IMG/VR virus record: IMGVR_UViG_3300025413_000016
Strand: one strand, 5' to 3'
DNA: 20,000 nucleotides
From: an uncultured virus (IMG/VR IMGVR_UViG_3300025413_000016)
Lineage: Duplodnaviria; Heunggongvirae; Uroviricota; Caudoviricetes
Notes under the pieces: model-generated
Told to the model about the DNA's origin: nothing
What the model saw: only the letters and a program-made list of their open reading frames with translations
The model's database searches: none
Program-made: the position numbers and the translations under genes
Shown: positions 7,455-15,618 of the stretch, piece by piece
How positions within the stretch are numbered: the stretch's first letter is position 1
How the letters are laid out: each line of letters opens with the position of its first letter

Positions 7455-7925
7455 ATGAGTGATCTGTTTACAATCAACAACATAAATATGGAAGAGGGTG
7501 AGAACCTGTTTGAGCCTACTTGTTTCAAGTATCGCTTTGACAAGCTCTACCACTTCCACATGGCAGTCGTCGACTGCTGTGACGTATACGCAGCTGTGCT
7601 TATGCAAGCTGCTGAGGCAGGAGGTACATGGGAAATCAAACAGAACATACCAGTGCTGAGGGAAGACATTCCAGCATTGGACTTACGTGCGATCGATAAC
7701 CCGCTTGACATTGTGCTGCAATACTTCCAGCGCCTCAAGCGTGACGTGCGTGATGGTCAACTTAACCTTGACATTACGCAATTGATTTCTTGTCAGGACA
7801 TACCAGGCAAGATTGCGATGTCATTCAAGCACGTCTTGTTCAATCAAGGACAAGACTTGTTTAACCCACGGCTTCACGGTTGGGGTGACATCAAAACAAT
7901 AGAAAGTGAGACATCATGTCACTAA
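7455..7925 (+). CDS. hypothetical protein
   Basis: 156-aa ORF in the co-oriented gene array. Confidence 0.7.
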   Translation: MSDLFTINNINMEEGENLFEPTCFKYRFDKLYHFHMAVVDCCDVYAAVLMQAAEAGGTWEIKQNIPVLREDIPALDLRAIDNPLDIVLQYFQRLKRDVRDGQLNLDITQLISCQDIPGKIAMSFKHVLFNQGQDLFNPRLHGWGDIKTIESETSCH

Positions 7926-8194
7926 ACATACAACGACTCATCGATGCAGGGTTTACAGATGAAGACATCCGCGTTGTCTTTACTGCGTTTGAGACAACGA
8001 TGTCTGAAATGAACAAAGCAATTGAAGAGATGAAAGACAATCTTCCGTTCAGCGATGAGATGATAAAGGGAGCTAACAGACGTTCAGAAGAAATTATTGA
8101 ACGCATTAAGTTGTACAAACAACGTTCAACTAATGACATCGATCAACTCTTTGGCATCTGGGCACAGATGGCAATAAACGGTGACGCAGACTAA
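7916..8194 (+). CDS. helical hypothetical protein
   Basis: Overlaps the upstream stop; 92 aa. Confidence 0.7.
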   Translation: MSLNIQRLIDAGFTDEDIRVVFTAFETTMSEMNKAIEEMKDNLPFSDEMIKGANRRSEEIIERIKLYKQRSTNDIDQLFGIWAQMAINGDAD

Positions 8195-8242
8195 CAGTTC
8201 TCAAGGCCTCACCACTCAACAGTGAGTGGTGGGGTCGAGACC

Positions 8243-8259
8243 GTAGCTAAGTAAGCTAC
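8243..8259 (+). repeat. AAGTA-loop hairpin, copy 5
   Basis: GTAGCT-AAGTA-AGCTAC; loop 37 nt before ATG 8286; preceded by a long hairpin at 8205-8236. Confidence 0.8.
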
Positions 8260-8285
8260 AAATTACCAAGTAACAAGGAGTTACA

Positions 8286-8588
8286 ATGGCTATTTCAATG
8301 AAGCAAGCAGCACCAGCACCAGCTGCGCAGGGTTCAACCATAAGTAAGTTGTTCCAGGAACGTCGTCTGACGCTCATGGAAAACCCTGGTGTGTGGTACG
8401 AATACAGCAACAATCTGCGAGCTAACACCATGGGAAGCGTTCTTTCCAGCCTTTGTGGTGTCAAGCTCCCTGCTTTAAAGGGAATTGATCGTAAGCTGTT
8501 GCCCTACCAGGTGGCATCACGACGTATGGAAGACGGGACCTATTCGGTCTTTGCTCGTTACGTGGGTGAACAACAAGAGTGGGTATAG
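8286..8588 (+). CDS. actinophage-type small hypothetical protein
   Basis: AAGGAG SD; NPGVW...VFARYVG resembles a family recurrent in actinophages (from recall). Confidence 0.75.
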   Translation: MAISMKQAAPAPAAQGSTISKLFQERRLTLMENPGVWYEYSNNLRANTMGSVLSSLCGVKLPALKGIDRKLLPYQVASRRMEDGTYSVFARYVGEQQEWV

Positions 8589-8700
8589 CCCCGCTACTGT
8601 GTGTGGAACCTAACTCCACACATATCACGCACGTAATGTAAACTGGCTTGGTGGGAGCCAGCACAGAATCCCACCATCTAACATGAAAGGTACAAGGTAC

Positions 8701-9252
8701 ATGCGTAAACTGACAAGTTTGCTGTTGCTGAGTGCTTTTATTGTTGTCGGTGTTGATGTTAATAGCATTGGCGATAAGGGGCATGCTCCAAACGCCAGTG
8801 TCTATGTGACACCAAGGTTACCTGCTCCCGCATTTCAGGTGCAGGATGTCACGATGGCTAATATTCAAGCATACGTGATGAGCCAACCACGTGTGGTTGT
8901 TGAACCTACGCAACGATGGAACACTAAGCGCAGTGACCCAACAGCAACATGGCCTGATGCTACTGACCCAACGCGGCGATTGCCGATGGCAGTGCAAGTT
9001 AAGTTTGCTTGCATTCGTTATCACGAGAGCCGCAACCATCTACATTCTGTTGAGATACACAGTGGTGCTGGTGGTTGGTATCAGTTCATCCCATACATTT
9101 GGGATTATGCAAGGGCGAACATACCTGGTTTACCAGCGTTAGCTTCACAAGCTACCGGTGATGAACAATCTAAGGTAGCAATGTGGTATTACAAACGTAA
9201 CAACGGATTCACTCCCGAGTGGAGTGCAGACGCAGGCGTTTGCAACCTGTAA
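8701..9252 (+). CDS. secreted Rpf-like / lysozyme-fold transglycosylase
   Basis: N-terminal signal or TM segment; CIRYHES (catalytic Glu position), GWYQF..W, A.GDEQ..VA and G..PEW match the Rpf/SLT pattern; alternative start 8683. Confidence 0.75.
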   Translation: MRKLTSLLLLSAFIVVGVDVNSIGDKGHAPNASVYVTPRLPAPAFQVQDVTMANIQAYVMSQPRVVVEPTQRWNTKRSDPTATWPDATDPTRRLPMAVQVKFACIRYHESRNHLHSVEIHSGAGGWYQFIPYIWDYARANIPGLPALASQATGDEQSKVAMWYYKRNNGFTPEWSADAGVCNL

Positions 9253-9309
9253 GTTATACAGGCGGTATGGGCTCCACCGTGACGGGCCTACTCACCCAAG
9301 GAGGGCATT

Positions 9310-9621
9310 GTGATTGAATCAATTGACAATTTATCAATGAGCAAAGAACTTATTGAACGTTGGCAACACGTTGAACAAGCACTTACTGAGTGTTTGGAGC
9401 TAGCATTAAAAGAATCAAATGGTCAAGAAGATGTATGGATTCCTGATTGGGCTGTGCCTCTTTTTGAAAGAATGCAGGAAAACACTGATGAAAACACTGA
9501 TGACAATCAGGATGCACGTATCCAAGCTGCGTTGAAAGATTATCAGGAGAATCCTGAAGAGTACACATACGCTGACCTTGAAGCTATCTTTGAGGACCGT
9601 GACCCAGTGGAGTTTCTTTAA
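9310..9621 (+). CDS. highly acidic hypothetical protein
   Basis: AAGGAGG SD, GTG start. Confidence 0.7.
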   Translation: MIESIDNLSMSKELIERWQHVEQALTECLELALKESNGQEDVWIPDWAVPLFERMQENTDENTDDNQDARIQAALKDYQENPEEYTYADLEAIFEDRDPVEFL

Positions 9622-9622
9622 C

Positions 9623-9880
9623 ATGAGTATTACAAACACAATCTCAGGAAATTACTTGGACTTTGAATCCAAGTGCCAATGCGGCGACGAACGATGCCAC
9701 AGTTTGTGGGTTGGCAATGGCACACCACAATTGGATGGCAGTCTTGAGTTTGTTTCAATTGCACCGAATAAAGAAAATGGTGAAGGCGTAATGCTTCACT
9801 TTTCTCAGGTTCTTGAACTGTACAAGAAACTAGATCAGTTTGTTGCATCAGTTAAGTACCACGGTACAGAAAACAGGTAG
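9623..9880 (+). CDS. small hypothetical protein with CQC...CH
   Basis: Start moved to ATG 9623 after GGAG. Confidence 0.65.
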   Translation: MSITNTISGNYLDFESKCQCGDERCHSLWVGNGTPQLDGSLEFVSIAPNKENGEGVMLHFSQVLELYKKLDQFVASVKYHGTENR

Positions 9881-10023
9881 CAACAAGCAGGGCCGGGTGT
9901 TGTACTGCCCGGCTACTGCGATGTATACACGAGCAATCATGGCTGTTCGTGTATACATCGGAGTAGTCATAAACCCTGCTACTCTGTATCAAATTAGTAA
10001 GGGCAAACATCAAGGAGAAATCC

Positions 10024-10470
10024 ATGAGCGTTAACAACATGAGTCAGATTATTAAGAACGTGCTGGAAGTTACAGACACGGTTCTTGAACGTCCTGCTAC
10101 TCGCAACGAAGTAATCAAGGTGCTCGAGCTCATCGAATCATTTAAGATGGGCAAGACAATTGACAACGCACTTCCAATGCCAACACCACAGCCAGTGGAT
10201 GTTGTCAAGGTTGAACGCAAGAAGCCAATGCGTCCAGCAACCAGCATTCGTTGGAAGCAGCACAAGGAATGGCTTGACGCTATTCTTGACGGTCAGCCGC
10301 ACATCATTCCGTATTCCAACCTTGAATTGGTGATCCCATTCAAGAAGTTTGGTAACGACAACATGCGCACTCGACTGTACCGTGAGGCTGTCAAGCGTGG
10401 TTACAAGACAGCGACTATCTCATTCGACAACAAGTCGAAGTCGTTGTTTGTGCAGGCTGTAGCCAAGTAA
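10024..10470 (+). CDS. hypothetical protein with a basic C-terminal domain (possible nucleic-acid binding)
   Basis: AAGGAG SD; W..ILDG...RLY.EAVKRG...LFVQA pattern. Confidence 0.75.
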   Translation: MSVNNMSQIIKNVLEVTDTVLERPATRNEVIKVLELIESFKMGKTIDNALPMPTPQPVDVVKVERKKPMRPATSIRWKQHKEWLDAILDGQPHIIPYSNLELVIPFKKFGNDNMRTRLYREAVKRGYKTATISFDNKSKSLFVQAVAK

Positions 10471-10476
10471 CAGGTC

Positions 10477-10547
10477 ACTGCAGTAGCTCAATGGTAGAGC
10501 AACCTGGTTAACCAGGTAGGTTGTGGGTTCGATTCCCACCTGCAGTA
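10477..10547 (+). tRNA. tRNA-like RNA with a non-canonical 6-nt anticodon loop (identity undetermined)
   Basis: Acceptor ACTGCAG/CTGCAGT, D arm GCTC-AATGGTA-GAGC, anticodon stem ACCTG/CAGGT with loop GTTAAC, T arm GTGGG-TTCGATT-CCCAC; no encoded CCA. Confidence 0.75.
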
Positions 10548-10617
10548 CGGTTCACATACCAACCCAGGTATGTGCCCGGTGTTCCCAAGCACCGTTAAAC
10601 ACAGGGAGAAACATATT

Positions 10618-11376
10618 ATGACCACTGAATTCATCGAGGGAATCCCGGTTCCCCAGTGCTTCATTGACCTTAACGATGTACTTGCTGCAGGTTGCAAGCG
10701 TGTCATCCTCTACGGTCCCCCCGGCACTGGTAAGACGTATTCAGCTCAGACCCTGCATGTCAATGCAGCTGGGTTCGAGACTCTCCTTTGCTCCGAGGAC
10801 ATGAGCAATGCTGACATTGTCGGCGCCATGCTTCCTAACGAGCGTGGTGGTTTCTCGTACGTCAAGGGCATCGGTCCAATCACCTGGGATGGTGACGGTA
10901 CTGTTGGTGGTCGTCTCGTTGTTGACGAGATCAACCGTGCCAGCGGTGACGTTGTCACCACGTTGATGAAGTTCCTCGACAGTCCGGAGTCGGCGGTCTG
11001 GAAGAATCCTTACACTGGTGAAGTTCACTTCCCACGTGAGGGCTTCTCTGCCATCATGACCACCAACTTTGAGGATCCCAACGAGATCGAGGGTCCGCTG
11101 CGTGACCGCTTCCCGGTTGCAATCAAGATTGACGCTGCTCACCCAGCTGCGTTGGTCTCTGCATTGCCACCAGAGTTGCGCATGTTGGCTGCGACTATCG
11201 TTGCTGGTCGTCCCGGTGAGCGTGCTTCGCTACGTGCCTGGAAGGAATTCCAGACGCTGCGCAACAGCCCTCTGTTCACCACTGAGCGTGCTGCCAAGCT
11301 GGTATTCGGTAAGATGGCTGACCCCATCATCGATGCCATCCGCATCGGCACCCTTAACACGGAAGTGTCACTGTAA
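10618..11376 (+). CDS. MoxR/AAA_5-type AAA+ ATPase
   Basis: Walker A GPPGTGKT, Walker B LVVDEINRA, sensor-1 TTN, Arg finger LRDRF, sensor-2 SLR; start moved to ATG 10618 after GGGAG. Confidence 0.9.
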   Translation: MTTEFIEGIPVPQCFIDLNDVLAAGCKRVILYGPPGTGKTYSAQTLHVNAAGFETLLCSEDMSNADIVGAMLPNERGGFSYVKGIGPITWDGDGTVGGRLVVDEINRASGDVVTTLMKFLDSPESAVWKNPYTGEVHFPREGFSAIMTTNFEDPNEIEGPLRDRFPVAIKIDAAHPAALVSALPPELRMLAATIVAGRPGERASLRAWKEFQTLRNSPLFTTERAAKLVFGKMADPIIDAIRIGTLNTEVSL

Positions 11377-12839
11377 TGGTTGACGAGCAGAAGCCCCTTG
11401 TAGGGGCAATCACTGCGTTCCGTGACGACGTAGCTGAGCCGATTGACTGGACTATTCAGCCCACTGTGGGTCAGAATGGTGTCGGTGTCGACTGGGCTGC
11501 AAAGGTACTGGCCGTCCCCCTTCGGGGGGACGACTGGTCCCGTCGTACGCAGCTCCGTGAGCTTATCCGTGCTCGTATATCACCTACGACTGGTGATGTA
11601 GCCAGGGTATTGGCCGATGGTTACAAGAACCAAGGGGTCAACAATGCTCTTCTCAATCTTGCAGAGGAGGCTCGTATCAACGCTGTTACTGAGCCTTTTG
11701 CCAAGATTAAGGGTCTTGAGCTTGACTCTACCGGTGCGGAGAAGAAGTCAGGTATCCGTATGGCAACGTCCGGTAGCCCTAACGACTGGGAAGATGCAGT
11801 CGACTTCACTGTTCGCAACTACGCCAACAAGTCAGCATTCGACTCGTTTGCTGCTGGCGTACGTTCTGTGAACCCAGAGTGGAGTGACAGGCTACGTAGG
11901 CTTGCTGGTCGCCTTGATAGTATCTTTGAGGGTACGCCGGATGACATTGGTTCTACCATGCCGTATTACTACAGTAGTGACGTGGTTGGTCCAAGGGGTT
12001 ACAACAATACTCTTGTTGCAGCCTCTGAGATTGCCATCTATGCCAATGGCAAGCGCGCTCCTAGTGATGTTAAGCAACAGCGCCAGGATGATGACGACAA
12101 GGCTCTTGAGGAGTATGGTGAGACGGAGCAGGAAACCAACCGTCTTAATCCTGACCAGACAATGCTCGAGGACGAGTTGCCTAACGACTTTGAGTTCCCT
12201 CACGACGAGAACGGAGATTTTGCGGAGCTTGTCATTGACGACACGCTTCCACTATCTGTCCAAGTCGAGGGGTTCATGAAGCGTAAGCGTAAGCCTGTTC
12301 TTGTCGGTCGTAAGATCGGTAACATTACCAGGTTCTACACTGACCCCGAGCGTCGTATCTTTACCCAGAAGATGCGTGTCAAGGGTGGCATGGTCATCAT
12401 CGACATCTCAGGTTCTATGTCTCTGTCGCAGCAGGACATTGAATCAATTGTCGAGGCAGCACCTGCTGCTACCATCCTTGCATACAGTCAGACTCACTAC
12501 CTTGACGCTAACGCGTGGCTCCTTGCCAAGCGTGGCTGGCGTGTACGTGAGATTCCATCTATCGGTGGTGCTGGTAACGGTGTTGACGGTCCTGCTCTGG
12601 TATGGGGCATCAAGAATCGTCACCCTAACGAGCCAATCATCTGGGTAACAGATGGTGAAGTCACTGCTGACGGTGGTGGTCAGAACGACCGCATCATTAT
12701 TCAGTGTGCTCAGTTGGTCAAGAAGCACAAGATCATCATGATTCCTTCTGTTGCAGAAGCAGTCAAGATGTTCAAGTCCGGTAAGCTTATCAACAAGCCT
12801 GCCGGTCCGATTCGCAAAGCGCTTCTTGGTCGTCTGTAG
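11376..12839 (+). CDS. VWA-domain (MIDAS) protein, partner of the AAA+ ATPase
   Basis: IIDISGSMS (DxSxS) and WVTDG motifs; acidic linker; TAATG-coupled to the ATPase. Confidence 0.85.
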   Translation: MVDEQKPLVGAITAFRDDVAEPIDWTIQPTVGQNGVGVDWAAKVLAVPLRGDDWSRRTQLRELIRARISPTTGDVARVLADGYKNQGVNNALLNLAEEARINAVTEPFAKIKGLELDSTGAEKKSGIRMATSGSPNDWEDAVDFTVRNYANKSAFDSFAAGVRSVNPEWSDRLRRLAGRLDSIFEGTPDDIGSTMPYYYSSDVVGPRGYNNTLVAASEIAIYANGKRAPSDVKQQRQDDDDKALEEYGETEQETNRLNPDQTMLEDELPNDFEFPHDENGDFAELVIDDTLPLSVQVEGFMKRKRKPVLVGRKIGNITRFYTDPERRIFTQKMRVKGGMVIIDISGSMSLSQQDIESIVEAAPAATILAYSQTHYLDANAWLLAKRGWRVREIPSIGGAGNGVDGPALVWGIKNRHPNEPIIWVTDGEVTADGGGQNDRIIIQCAQLVKKHKIIMIPSVAEAVKMFKSGKLINKPAGPIRKALLGRL

Positions 12840-12873
12840 TACAAAGTCTTTGAGTAACTAGATACTCAAGTCA

Positions 12874-12914
12874 CTGGGTGTAGTCACACACGTATGAGGT
12901 GTGACTACACCCGG
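12874..12914. terminator. long hairpin after the VWA gene (terminator or RNase III-type site)
   Basis: CTGGGTGTAGTCACAC / GTGTGACTACACCCGG 16-bp stem with no U tail. Confidence 0.45.
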
Positions 12915-12915
12915 A

Positions 12916-12932
12916 TGCACCAAGTAGGTGCA
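12916..12932 (+). repeat. AAGTA-loop hairpin, copy 6
   Basis: TGCACC-AAGTA-GGTGCA; loop 34 nt before ATG 12956. Confidence 0.8.
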
Positions 12933-12955
12933 ACATTAAACATTGGGAGATAATC

Positions 12956-13333
12956 ATGGAAGATTTCAACTTCGGTGACCTTACCCTCGACGAAGCAACA
13001 GTTTCACGTGTTGCTCATGCAGAGTTTCTTAACTCTATTAAAGAATGGGGTTCCAAGATGGGCATGGTATTACAGCCCTTCATTGGTGTAGCCAACATTC
13101 TTATGGAGGATGAGATTCCAGAAGATCAGTTGGACAAAATTTCTGTTGCGTTCCCACTTGGTTTGCGCCTTGCGCTTAACCACATGAACTCTCTGTATGA
13201 CATCATGCAGAAGGAAGCAATCAAGGTACTCGGTGCACCTTTTGCTATCCACGGTGAGCACCACCCAGAGTGCGATGGCACCAAGGATGGCTGTGGTCAC
13301 CAGGACCACTGGCTAGAGAAGGAAGGAGAGTAG
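12956..13333 (+). CDS. hypothetical protein with a His/Cys-rich C-terminus
   Basis: GGGAG SD; HGEHHPEC....CGH.DH. Confidence 0.75.
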   Translation: MEDFNFGDLTLDEATVSRVAHAEFLNSIKEWGSKMGMVLQPFIGVANILMEDEIPEDQLDKISVAFPLGLRLALNHMNSLYDIMQKEAIKVLGAPFAIHGEHHPECDGTKDGCGHQDHWLEKEGE

Positions 13334-13334
13334 T

Positions 13335-13502
13335 ATGAACGAAGCAGAAGCTTACAAAGAGTTAAGCCTTAATCTACTGTACGTAATTGAGGAGATTGTT
13401 GACGCGCTCAAACCTATTGGTCTTGACTTGTCTTCATTGCCTCACTACGAAGAGATGATTAACAATGCCCGCGCAGTATTGGGTGATAGCTCTAACGACT
13501 AA
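13335..13502 (+). CDS. small helical protein, 55 aa (MNEAEAYKEL...)
   Basis: Not in the ORF track; AAGGAG SD. Confidence 0.65.
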   Translation: MNEAEAYKELSLNLLYVIEEIVDALKPIGLDLSSLPHYEEMINNARAVLGDSSND

Positions 13503-14200
13503 CTCCACGCGTTTCTCACAAGTGTAGTTAGTAACAACGCGCAGTGTATGGTGATGCCCGTCAATTATCATGTAGATAATAGCACCAGCCTCTTACCATT
13601 GCATTGCACAACGCAGCATAAGGTATGAAGCTTATGTAGTGGTGGTCCAGTAACACTTAAAACTGGGATGCGCGGTCGTGCTATGGACCCAAAAAGCATA
13701 GCGGTGTCATCCACCCCTTAACGGATGAGCCTATACATTATTCATTTGATGTATAGGCGCTGTCCAATGGTGGCGCTGGACGAAGCACCCACCCGCTAGC
13801 AACGTACTGCTAAACTCAGCACATGGGGGAAGCCGGTGCAGGAAAGTGGTGGATGCCTATTTAAAGAACACACGCAGAGGAGCGACAGAATCCATACTTA
13901 TCGGTTGGAAGGAAGAGTAACCGTTGTGCAAGGGAGCGCGTGTACGGTGAAGACGCTCACACCACCTGGACATGTGGTTAAACTGTCCCTTTTCTTGTTA
14001 GCAATGATGTACCGGCTTATGAGCCCATGAGATCATTATTTAACGGACTCACCATAAGGGGAAGTTTATGGAGGTAACCTGAAGCCTACTGAATAGATGG
14101 GGTAACCAGCACTCAGTCTGGACTGCTACACCGAGGGCGCGGTGTGTAGGGTATGGGTTCCACCCGAACTTCCAACGGGCCCACACAACCCACTAGTAAG
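13503..14200 (+). ncRNA. candidate large structured ncRNA (~700 nt)
   Basis: No credible gene; more than a dozen stems including long-range AAGCCGGTGCA/TGTACCGGCTT (13830-40/14008-18) and CATGGG/CCCATG; strand assumed from context. Confidence 0.6.
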
Positions 14201-14211
14201 AAAGAAGCATC

Positions 14212-14454
14212 ATGCAAATTGAATGTAATCAGCAAGGGCCTAACTTGCAAATCAACATCACGTTTGATGAACCTGAACAGTCACGTATTTTTCATGAAAA
14301 GTTTAATAAAATGCTTGAAGATTTGGCTAATGAAATGAATGGCATGATGCTGACTGTTGATGGTGACAACCAAGAAATTAATAAAGAAGTAGCCAAGAAA
14401 GCTATGGAAGAAGCAATTAATATGTTTGTACCTAAGGAGAATAATGGTAGATAG
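14212..14454 (+). CDS. small hypothetical protein
   Basis: 80-aa ORF overlapping the next gene. Confidence 0.65.
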   Translation: MQIECNQQGPNLQINITFDEPEQSRIFHEKFNKMLEDLANEMNGMMLTVDGDNQEINKEVAKKAMEEAINMFVPKENNGR

Positions 14455-14854
14455 ACAATTACAATGGAGACGTTCTTATGCGTATGATGATTTAATTTGG
14501 ACAGCAAAAACTAAACCAGATAATCGTTGGTATGCGCACAGAGTAGATTTATCTTTTACTTTGAAAGCTGGTTTTCACGGTGGCATTGTTAATAAAAATG
14601 CTGTTCTTATAGTTAAAAAATGTGCTGAGGGTAAAAAAGTAGCTAACATTGTTGTTATGAAAAAAGAATTTATAAACAGTTATATTGCAAAATCTTTTTT
14701 AGATTCTTTGTTGTATGCTTCAACTATTATGTTTGATACAGTTGAAAAAGGAGAAGAATGGTTCCTTAAACAATTGAATGATTATAAAGATGCTCCACCA
14801 CCAGAACAAAGAACTTCTTTGCCAAGTTCAATTAGTGCTGGTTACCCAATCTGA
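14444..14854 (+). CDS. hypothetical protein, probable paralog of 15671..16285
   Basis: Start moved to ATG 14444 after AAGGAG; IAK...FDT...G..WFL motif. Confidence 0.7.
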   Translation: MVDRQLQWRRSYAYDDLIWTAKTKPDNRWYAHRVDLSFTLKAGFHGGIVNKNAVLIVKKCAEGKKVANIVVMKKEFINSYIAKSFLDSLLYASTIMFDTVEKGEEWFLKQLNDYKDAPPPEQRTSLPSSISAGYPI

Positions 14855-14900
14855 TAATTGACCGTTTATCAGGTAAAACAACAAGGTCAGAAAGAATATC

Positions 14901-15290
14901 ATGGATAATGAAATCCAATTGTCAGATGAAGTAAAGCTTGCAATTATCAAGAAAGAACTATTAAACCTAGTTGATATTGTAAAAGTATTATTCACTGTTA
15001 ACACAACTCTTGAAGTTCACAGACAAGAGTTAACAGGTGAAATTCCTGAACAATTTAAGGAATTAATTGAATCAGATATATACAAAAAATCTATTCCTCT
15101 TGCTATCAATGCAAGTAATGAATTGCTTAATAATCTTGTTGTGTTTACTAATAATTTAGCAGGTGTATTTGATATTGATTTTATATCACAGTTACCTACT
15201 AATGAACAAGAATTTCTTAATATGAATAAAACAATGCATAAAGATTTAGAAAATAAAGTAATGCGTGAGTATGGTTGGGAGACCGAATGA
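14901..15290 (+). CDS. helical hypothetical protein
   Basis: 129-aa AT-rich ORF. Confidence 0.7.
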   Translation: MDNEIQLSDEVKLAIIKKELLNLVDIVKVLFTVNTTLEVHRQELTGEIPEQFKELIESDIYKKSIPLAINASNELLNNLVVFTNNLAGVFDIDFISQLPTNEQEFLNMNKTMHKDLENKVMREYGWETE

Positions 15291-15472
15291 TTGATTTAAC
15301 TAGTAAGATTATTGCTTACGAGCAAGATGAGCTCAGCTATGAGGAGACAGTTGAACTGTTCCAAGAGCTTATTGATAACGGTATGGCCTGGCGTTTGCAA
15401 GGTCATTACGGTCGTATGGCAATAGCACTCATTGAGAGTGGTGACTGCACCCCAAGTAAGGAGAATGTATGA
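15287..15472 (+). CDS. conserved-type small phage protein
   Basis: ATGA overlap; IIAYE..EL...LFQ.LID.G.AW.LQGHYGR motif recurrent in phages (from recall). Confidence 0.8.
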   Translation: MIDLTSKIIAYEQDELSYEETVELFQELIDNGMAWRLQGHYGRMAIALIESGDCTPSKENV

Positions 15473-15603
15473 GTGATATTCCAAGAGAAGAAGTGATTGA
15501 GATGCTTACGCATATTGAGATGCTTCTTCTTGCAATGCAGGATCAGGATGCGTGGTCGTATACACACATCCTGCTTAAAGCCATCAAGGATGGTGAGTAT
15601 TAA
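15469..15603 (+). CDS. small hypothetical protein, 44 aa (MSDIPREE...)
   Basis: Not in the ORF track; AAGGAG SD, ATGA overlap. Confidence 0.6.
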   Translation: MSDIPREEVIEMLTHIEMLLLAMQDQDAWSYTHILLKAIKDGEY

Positions 15604-15618
15604 TACGCAAGTAGCGTA
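15604..15618 (+). repeat. AAGTA-loop hairpin, copy 7
   Basis: TACGC-AAGTA-GCGTA, directly followed by a pseudoknot (15619-15654). Confidence 0.75.

Noticed and set aside
10477..10547. Calling the tRNA-like gene tRNA-Asn(GTT) or tRNA-Leu(TAA)
   Set aside because: The loop is 6 nt, GTT is not at positions 34-36, and the long variable arm of Leu tRNAs is absent.
10577..10608. preQ1-I riboswitch
   Set aside because: Similar topology, but the loop is shorter than in known preQ1-I aptamers and the downstream gene is unrelated to queuosine; kept only as a pseudoknot.
10548..10610. HDV-like (theta) ribozyme after the tRNA-like gene
   Set aside because: Could not build the nested double pseudoknot or place a catalytic C.
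13836..14030. 64-aa ORF inside the structured gap
   Set aside because: Weak start context, atypical composition, and it lies within long-range helices; not excluded absolutely.
13503..14200. RNase P RNA, tmRNA or group I/II intron
   Set aside because: GGAAAGT at about 13841 is not followed by the RNase P P4 consensus; there are no tmRNA termini; the segment near 13934-58 resembles group II domain V only superficially.
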